Shown in pieces: positions 57,787-64,000 of a DNA stretch of 64,000 nt; position 1 is the first letter of the stretch, and each line of letters begins with the position of its first letter. Position numbers and translations under genes: made by a program. The notes under the pieces are model-generated. The model saw only the letters and a program-made list of their open reading frames with translations. It did not search any database and had not been told where the DNA came from. Source of the DNA: an uncultured Prevotellaceae bacterium (GTDB lineage Bacteria > Bacteroidota > Bacteroidia > Bacteroidales > Bacteroidaceae). The stretch spans positions 1,732,900 through 1,796,899 of the forward strand of contig CAKAEQ010000001.1 in assembly GCA_916438195.1 (NCBI GenBank). Reading direction: 5' to 3'.

Positions 57787-59080
57787 TTAGAGGAAGAAAC
57801 CCTCGTAAGCAACGCCAAAGTTGAGACTGGGCTCATTGTTATAAGGCGATTTGAACATACGTACACCGTAGTCGGCCTTGATAACGATTTGTGGCAGCGG
57901 ATAGTAGTTGAAACCAAAGGTCAGCTTGTTTCTTTCCTCATAGGGATAAGGTGCTTGACGATGGTCGCGGATGTAGGGGTTATAGTAGTCGTAACGACCG
58001 AAGACATACAGTTTCTTCTCGTTAGCGCGCAGCTTTCGAAGCGTGAGAAGAGGTCGTAACCAGCTTCAACGCCGAGGGCTACAGCGTTCTTGCCCACTTC
58101 TGAAGTACTGTAAGGGCTGGTCTTTGTGCTACGTCCTGAGAGGGTTTTCACGAAATAGGCATCGGCGAGATGTCCATAAGTGGCCTGAGCGCGCACAATC
58201 CAGTTGTATTTGTTCAGCGTAAAGTCAACGCTACCTATCGTAACTGCACCTTTGAGTTTCTCATTGGCGTCGTTCATCAGCGTATTGTTGATGGAGTGGC
58301 CATAGTAGCCGCTCACACCTAAGCGCATACCGGGCATTGCATACCAGTCGAGGCGCGCTGCCATGGCATATTTGCTGGCAGGAGAGAACTCGAACGCGCT
58401 GTGAGGACCTTTCTTAATCCAGCCGTCACGGTCGAACTGCATGGCGTCAAGTCCCTCGAGGAATTGCAATTCATACTTGAAGTTGCGATAATGTCCCCAC
58501 AAGCTCACACCCGTCTGATGCCAAGTGGAGGGCAGAATAGTGTTCTCACCTTCTGGACGGTATACCGTGAAGAAATTGAGCGGTTCGTGATGACTGTTGT
58601 TAAGACCAACGGGCACTACGATATGTCCGGCGCGGATGTTGAAAGCACGAGAGAAGGACTTCTGCAACCAGAACTGCTCCAGCTCCACTTCGCCGCCTTT
58701 CTCGGTCTCTACTTCCCATTCGCCACCTTCTTCGTATTCGCGTTCGTAAGCCGAACCCGTACCGCCATGTTCAAACTCAATTTCTGAACCCATGCTCCAG
58801 CCTTTTCCGAAGTCGTAGCCCAAATAAACTACTACGTGGGGCAAATCAAAACGTCCGTGACTCTTGCCGTCCTTGTACTTCGCCGGATTGGCATAACGAT
58901 AAACATTGTCGCTATAAAGTTGCGGGAATAGGCCACTTCACCGTATCCACCGACACTCAAGCGATTGCCTTTCACATGATTCATCACTGAATCGGCAGCA
59001 TTGATTTGAGCTGAAGCTGTCATACTCAACCCCAAACCCAACACGCCTAAAACGAGTTTTAACTTTTCGTTCTTCATCAT
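57787..59080 (-). CDS. Outer-membrane beta-barrel/porin heading the imelysin operon, frameshifts near 58915 and 58035
   Basis: Signal peptide; LSVGGYGEV, EIEFEHGG, GGEVELEQFW, HHEPLNFF, PSTW; C-terminus LNFGVAYEGFFL* (TAA at 57787-57789). Confidence 0.75.
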
Positions 59081-59316
59081 AATTATTGTCTAATTCTCTT
59101 TTATCCTACGCAATCTCTCAGCCAAATTTGAGTAAATTTCAGCTGCTTTAATTTTCGTGTGCAAAAGAACAAAGATGTGGCTATTTACACAATACCCCAA
59201 AAAAGGTAAATAAAAACTAAGAAGGAAGAAAAATACTATCATCGTTCTGCAAAAAAGAGTGAGTTTTAACCTGCTGAATTAAGGAAATGCGCTTGTAGAA
59301 TAGTGGTCAAAAATAT

Positions 59317-59386
59317 CCTTATTGCGTTTGAAAATACAATAAGGATGTCAGCTGACTGAATAAGGATGTCAGCCGACGCCCTTATT
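59317..59386. repeat. 21-bp-period array, copy H
   Basis: Boxes at 59317 (CCTTATT), 59338, 59359 (AATAAGG), 59380 (CCTTATT). Confidence 0.9.
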
Positions 59387-59468
59387 CTATTTACACATAT
59401 TCCCTTCCTGCAAAAACGGACAAAAAGAAGGTGGCTCTCTTTCGGCTTTTCATCGTATCTTTGCACCC

Positions 59469-60072
59469 ATGGAACTACAAGAACAACTGCGCCAAATCAA
59501 GTGCGCACTCCATTCGATGATGAACGGCCCTATCTCGCAAGCCATGCGCAACAAGGGCTTGACCTATAAAGTGAACTTCGGCGTGGAAACCACGTCTGGA
59601 GGAATATGCTCACGAACTGCCTACTACCTATGAACTGGCGGCGGCTTTGTGGAAAGAGAACATTCGCGAATGTCGGCTGCTGGCTGGTATGCTGATGCCG
59701 GTAGAGGAATTCCCGGCCGACCTTGCCGATGTTTGGGTGGAACAAATTCTCTTCCCTGAGGAGGCCGACAATTTGGTATTCCATCTGCTTTCGCGCACGC
59801 CTTATGCTTCGGAACGTGCCTTCGTATGGCTGGCCGACGAACGCCCTATGTTCCGCTATGTGGGCTACCAGTTGCTGGGCCGCCTCTTTACCGAAAGGAA
59901 AGTGCCCAACCGCCGAGATATGCTTGAATACCTCGACCATACCACCACGGACCTCCGCTCTGACAACACAATGGTGAAGCAAGCTGCTTGGCGCAGCTTG
60001 ATGAAATTCATGGACTTAGGCATCGGTCAAGAACGCTTGGGAAACCAAGTTTTGGACAGCGTGGGAATGTGA
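59469..60072 (+). CDS. DNA alkylation repair (AlkD-like HEAT repeat) protein, frameshifted near 59590
   Basis: MELQEQLRQIK..MMNGPISQAMRNKGLTYKVNFGVE..LAAALWKENIRECRLLA pattern. Confidence 0.75.
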
Positions 60073-60144
60073 CAACACGATCCTACAGAAAGTCCTCTCC
60101 CCTTCTCCCACGAAGAGAAATACACTGATTTTTCAAAAAACAAG

Positions 60145-60179
60145 AAAATCCCTACTCCTTTTTGGAGCAGGGATTTTTT
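60145..60179. terminator. Bidirectional terminator between convergent genes
   Basis: AAAATCCCTACTCC-loop-GGAGCAGGGATTTTTT. Confidence 0.7.
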
Positions 60180-60246
60180 AGAGGGTAAAAGTGGTGATTT
60201 GCAGAGCTGAAGATAGCCATGGGACAAATCCGCCACGCGGGAAAGC

Positions 60247-62613
60247 TCAACGATTGCGAGCGGGCTTTATGGGCTTTATCGGCTTTATGGGCTTTATCGG
60301 CCGCTTGGGCATATAGAGCTTCACGGGCTTGGCATCTGTGCCCCACTTCGTAGGAGTAGCACTCATCTCTATTTCCAGTAGGCCGCCCTCCATGAGTTGT
60401 TCGTGGGTAAAAAAAGGAGCGGTGAGGACAACGCCATTGAGGCGCACGCGGCGAATGTACTTGTTCTGACGGCTGTTGCCAATGGTGCGCACCGTGAACT
60501 GACGATTGTTGGGCAGAGAGATGCTCACTTCGCCGAAGATGGGGCGACTGATGGTGTAGACAGGGCGACCGGGGCAGAACTGGTAGAAGCCCATCGCGTT
60601 GAGTATGTACCAGGCCGACATCTGTCCACAGTCCTCGTTGCCGCTTAGGCCGTTCGGGCCGGCATAGTAAAGGCCGTAGAGAATGCTATCACAGAGTTCC
60701 TGCGTGCGCCAAGGTTCACGCATATAATTATATAGGAATATCGTGCCATGTCCGGGTTCGTTGCCGTGGGCATACTGGCCAATCATGCCGCTAATATCTG
60801 GGCTGACATTGTCGCCGGTCATCTTGCTGGACATCACAAAGAGCGAATCGAGCTTGTGGAGCATTTTCTTGCGCCCGCCAAAGAGAGAGGCGAGTCCTTC
60901 AGGGGTCCTGCGGCACGAACCAAGTCCACTGCCACGCGGTGCCCTCTGTATAGTCGTCCATGCGGTGCGTACTGCTCACGGGGTCGAAAGGCGTGCGCCA
61001 GTTTCCCTTTGAGTCCTTGCCGCGCATGAAGCCCGTTTTAGCATCAAAGTATTGACGATAAGCCTGCCCGAACTGCTGATAGCGGCGCGCATTGGCCGTG
61101 TCGCCCACAGCCTCAGCCAGCTGACTGATACACCAATCATTGTAAGCAAACTCTAAGGCGCGCGCCACGCTCTCACTGGCTTTGTCGAACGGTATGTAGG
61201 CTTGCGTATTCTTGTAGTATTTGGCGGAAGGTTCGATTTCTTCCATCTTCCAACGTGGGAATACTGGAGCGATGCCCGTTGTGTCGTATTCAGCGCAGCG
61301 CAGTGCATGGCGATAGGCGCGCTGAAGGTTGAAATTGTGGTAGCCCTTGGTGTACATATCGGCCACGAGGGACACGTAGTGGTAGCCAATCATGCAAGCC
61401 GTCTCGTTGCCTGCCAACTCCCACTTCGGCACTATTCCCAGCTCGTCGCCCTTGCGGATAAGGCTGCGAATGTAGGCTTCATTGCGCGCGGGGTCGATGA
61501 TGCTGATGAGCGGATGCAAAGCGCGGTGAGTGTCCCATAGAGAGAACACCGTGTATATCGGATCTTCCTGCAATCCTTGGTGCACTTTCAGGTCCATCCC
61601 CAAATAGCGACCATCGACATCACTGAAGAGCATCGGTTCTAATTGGGCGTGATAGAGGGCCGTATAGAAAATTTGGCGAACAGAATCGGCATTGTCGGCC
61701 ATGTCTTTAATCTGTATTTTGCTCAATTCATCGTTCCAGAGCGCACGTGCAGCAGCGCGGGTCCCGTCGAAGTCCCAACTGGGTTGCTCGCAGCGCAGAT
61801 TGTTCAGTGCGCCGTTGTAGTCGACATAAGAAAGGGCCACGCGACAGAGCAACTGCTTCGTGTTGGTTGGCACGTCCTTGAAATGGAGCACCAGCTTGCA
61901 GCAAGGATAGTCGCGATTGGCTTCGCGCACGGTGTCGCGTACTACTTCGTAAGTGAAAGGCTGAGAAAATTCGAAAATGCCATAGATAGGCTGATTATAG
62001 GCCCAACCCAACGAGCGGTGGAATACGCGCATCGTGTGATCGTTCAACTGTTCGTAGTCGAACTCCAGCATATACTGATTCTGGTTGTTATAGTCGAGGT
62101 CGAGAATCATACCCGCGTTTTTCCCCTCGGGGTAGGTGAAGCGATACAGAGCCGTTCGCTCCGTCGACGTAATCTCTGTTTTGATGCCGTAACGTTGGAG
62201 AAACACGGAATAGTAGCCCGGCGTTGCACTCTCCTGCTGATGACTGAATTCAGAAGCAAAGGGCAGCGATATTTTCCACCTTTCTCGCCCACATGCGCCA
62301 AATCGGCCGTGCCAGTGAAAGGCATCAGCAGGAAATCGGAAAGGTCGGCGCAGCCCGTACCACTCAAACGCGTTTGAGAAAAACCATTGATGGTTTTGTC
62401 TTCATAGTAGTAGCCCGAGCAAGCATCCCAACCATGGTGGCGCGTGTCGGGGCCCGGCTGAATCATACCATGCGGAACAACGGCTGCAGGGTGCGTATGG
62501 CCGTGTCCGCCCGTACCTATAAACGGATTGACATAGGAAGCCAGGTCGCTTGTCTGGCTCATCGCTGCACAACTCAAAGCGGCAGCCAAAAAGGCTAAAG
62601 CTATTTTCTTCAT
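60247..62613 (-). CDS. GH92 alpha-mannosidase, frameshifts near 62265, ~62200 and 60900
   Basis: YVNPFIGTGGHGHT, GFSQTRLSGTGC, FSLWDTHRALHP, CMIGYH, YTEGTAWQW, YAHGNEP, GNEDCGQMSAWY; promoter TATCTTTG on minus strand at 62635-62642. Confidence 0.93.
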
Positions 62614-62913
62614 AATTAGGAGTTTTCTTCGCTCCAAAGATAAGGATATTTTTCACTTTCTATCTGCCCTTCTCCTTTTTTAATACATCGAACAACACAA
62701 AACGCATGTTTAAGAAGAGAAAGGAAGAAGACCGAGTTTTATCAGTTATGGTAGCTAAAACGAGGTATTTTCCCACATATTTATTAAAAAAGGTTATTGA
62801 AACTTGCATTCTTCAAAAAAAAGGTTTAGTTTCGCTCCATCAATCCAACAGGCGTTTGTCTGTCTAAAGCTAAGAAACAACTCATTATATTTTTATAATC
62901 TAAACATACGCTT

Positions 62914-64000
62914 ATGAAAAGAACTTTACTCCTTTCGGCTCTCGCAGCCTTCGGCCTTGCTTCTACGGCTCAAACCCAGCTCCAAGAGGTGAACCTTAGT
63001 GGCCGTAACGCAGTGACTACTCTGTCGCTCAACCAGAAAGCTGTGAACAAAGCAAGAAAGGCGCTCCAAGTCAACAAGATGGGTGCCCGCATCACTTCCA
63101 CTGCTCCTTCCGCTTTCTACGCACGTCCAGCGGGCTGCTTCTGGGCTGGAGCCGACAACCAGTTTAACGCGTACCAAGGCTACCTCATTGCACCAGCCAA
63201 CACAGCCCTTTCCTTCCAAGGCATCATGGTGGGAGAGAAATGCAAATGGCTGTACGCTGATCCTGCACAAAAGGTCACTGAAGATCAACAAGAGTACACT
63301 TATCTCACGAAGGAGATTCAGGGTGGTACAGACTCTGTGCTGACCGTTACATATCCTGCTGTTGCACTGCCCGCCCCACAGCTCATTTGCAGCAGCAAGG
63401 TGGGTTCGTCTCCACTCAACGCTAAAACAACAGCAGATACATTCTCACTGGGAAATATTGTTGTTTACGGCGGTGGCGCATTGCGCAGAGAAACGCTTTA
63501 CCCTTCTGTAAATTATGACGTACGCCGTTTGGCTGGCACTATCAATATCAGCGACTACTTCGGCTTTAACAGCGATAAAGCCAACAGCAATATCACCAAA
63601 CTTTCGGTAAGAAATTTGGCAACCAAGAGCTGAAGGTGACAGCAGCCTATGAGCTCTTCTTGTTCAACAGCTCTGCACCGGCTTACATCTTAGGCGGTGA
63701 AGCTATGTTCTATGCTGATGGTACACAAGAGGTGAAGGCTTCTGATGTTGCCGTAGACCTTGTTCCACTTGAAAACGGGCGTCCGGCCAGTGAGCCTCTG
63801 CAGGCTCAGCTGACAGCCGATAAGGTAACCCTCATCCCTGCAAAAGGTCAGCAAGCTGCCATCTATGTGGTTCACTTCTCTGCTAAAGAAGCCATCGCTG
63901 CCAACCAGGCTCTGATGGTTCGTGTGCGTCCTTCCGCAACGGGCACTAAGGCTTTCAGTCCAGTACCTGTAATCTCTGAAGGAATGTCTGATGGACAAAC
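62914..64000 (+). CDS. Secreted hypothetical protein, frameshifted near 63610, truncated by window end
   Basis: Signal peptide MKRTLLLSALAAFGLASTAQ; coding-like sequence continues in another frame to 64000. Confidence 0.6.

Noticed and set aside
2709..59386. 21-bp arrays as CRISPR arrays
   Set aside because: Boxes are only 7 bp, spacers are 14 bp and resemble each other, orientation is mixed, and there are no cas genes or leader.
3141..63633. Alternative genetic code or stop-codon readthrough as the cause of split ORFs
   Set aside because: The breaks change reading frame rather than being in-frame stops, and TAA, TAG and TGA all end intact genes.

Overview
A 64-kb chromosomal segment from a Bacteroidetes of the Prevotellaceae type (Prevotella/Alloprevotella-like), judged from TAnnTTTG -7 promoters, a T9SS cargo protein, dxs-trkA-trkH synteny and a FeoA-FeoB fusion. 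It holds about 43 CDS, one tRNA-Arg(CCG) and one complete IS4-family element (17-bp IRs, 9-bp target duplication). About 27 CDS, including glmM, lptD, asnA, feoB and trkH, are split by apparent 1-nt indels. The breakpoints I inspected lie in homopolymers, so these look like long-read assembly errors and CDS coordinates are merged across them. Main highlights: (1) Eight intergenic copies of an unrecognised repeat family in which 7-bp AATAAGG/CCTTATT boxes recur at an exact 21-bp period in mixed orientation, separated by 14-bp mostly palindromic spacers; the IS inserted at the edge of one copy. (2) A co-oriented outer-membrane barrel / imelysin / di-heme lipoprotein / imelysin / CcsBA cluster, a likely iron-uptake system with its own cytochrome c maturase, followed by an acid phosphatase and phosphate porin. 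(3) An uncharacterised DUF6057-like protein paired with a CxxCH beta-propeller lipoprotein. (4) An orphan promoter-driven region with 11-bp and 9-bp tandem repeats. All family assignments come from motif recognition by eye; no searches were run.
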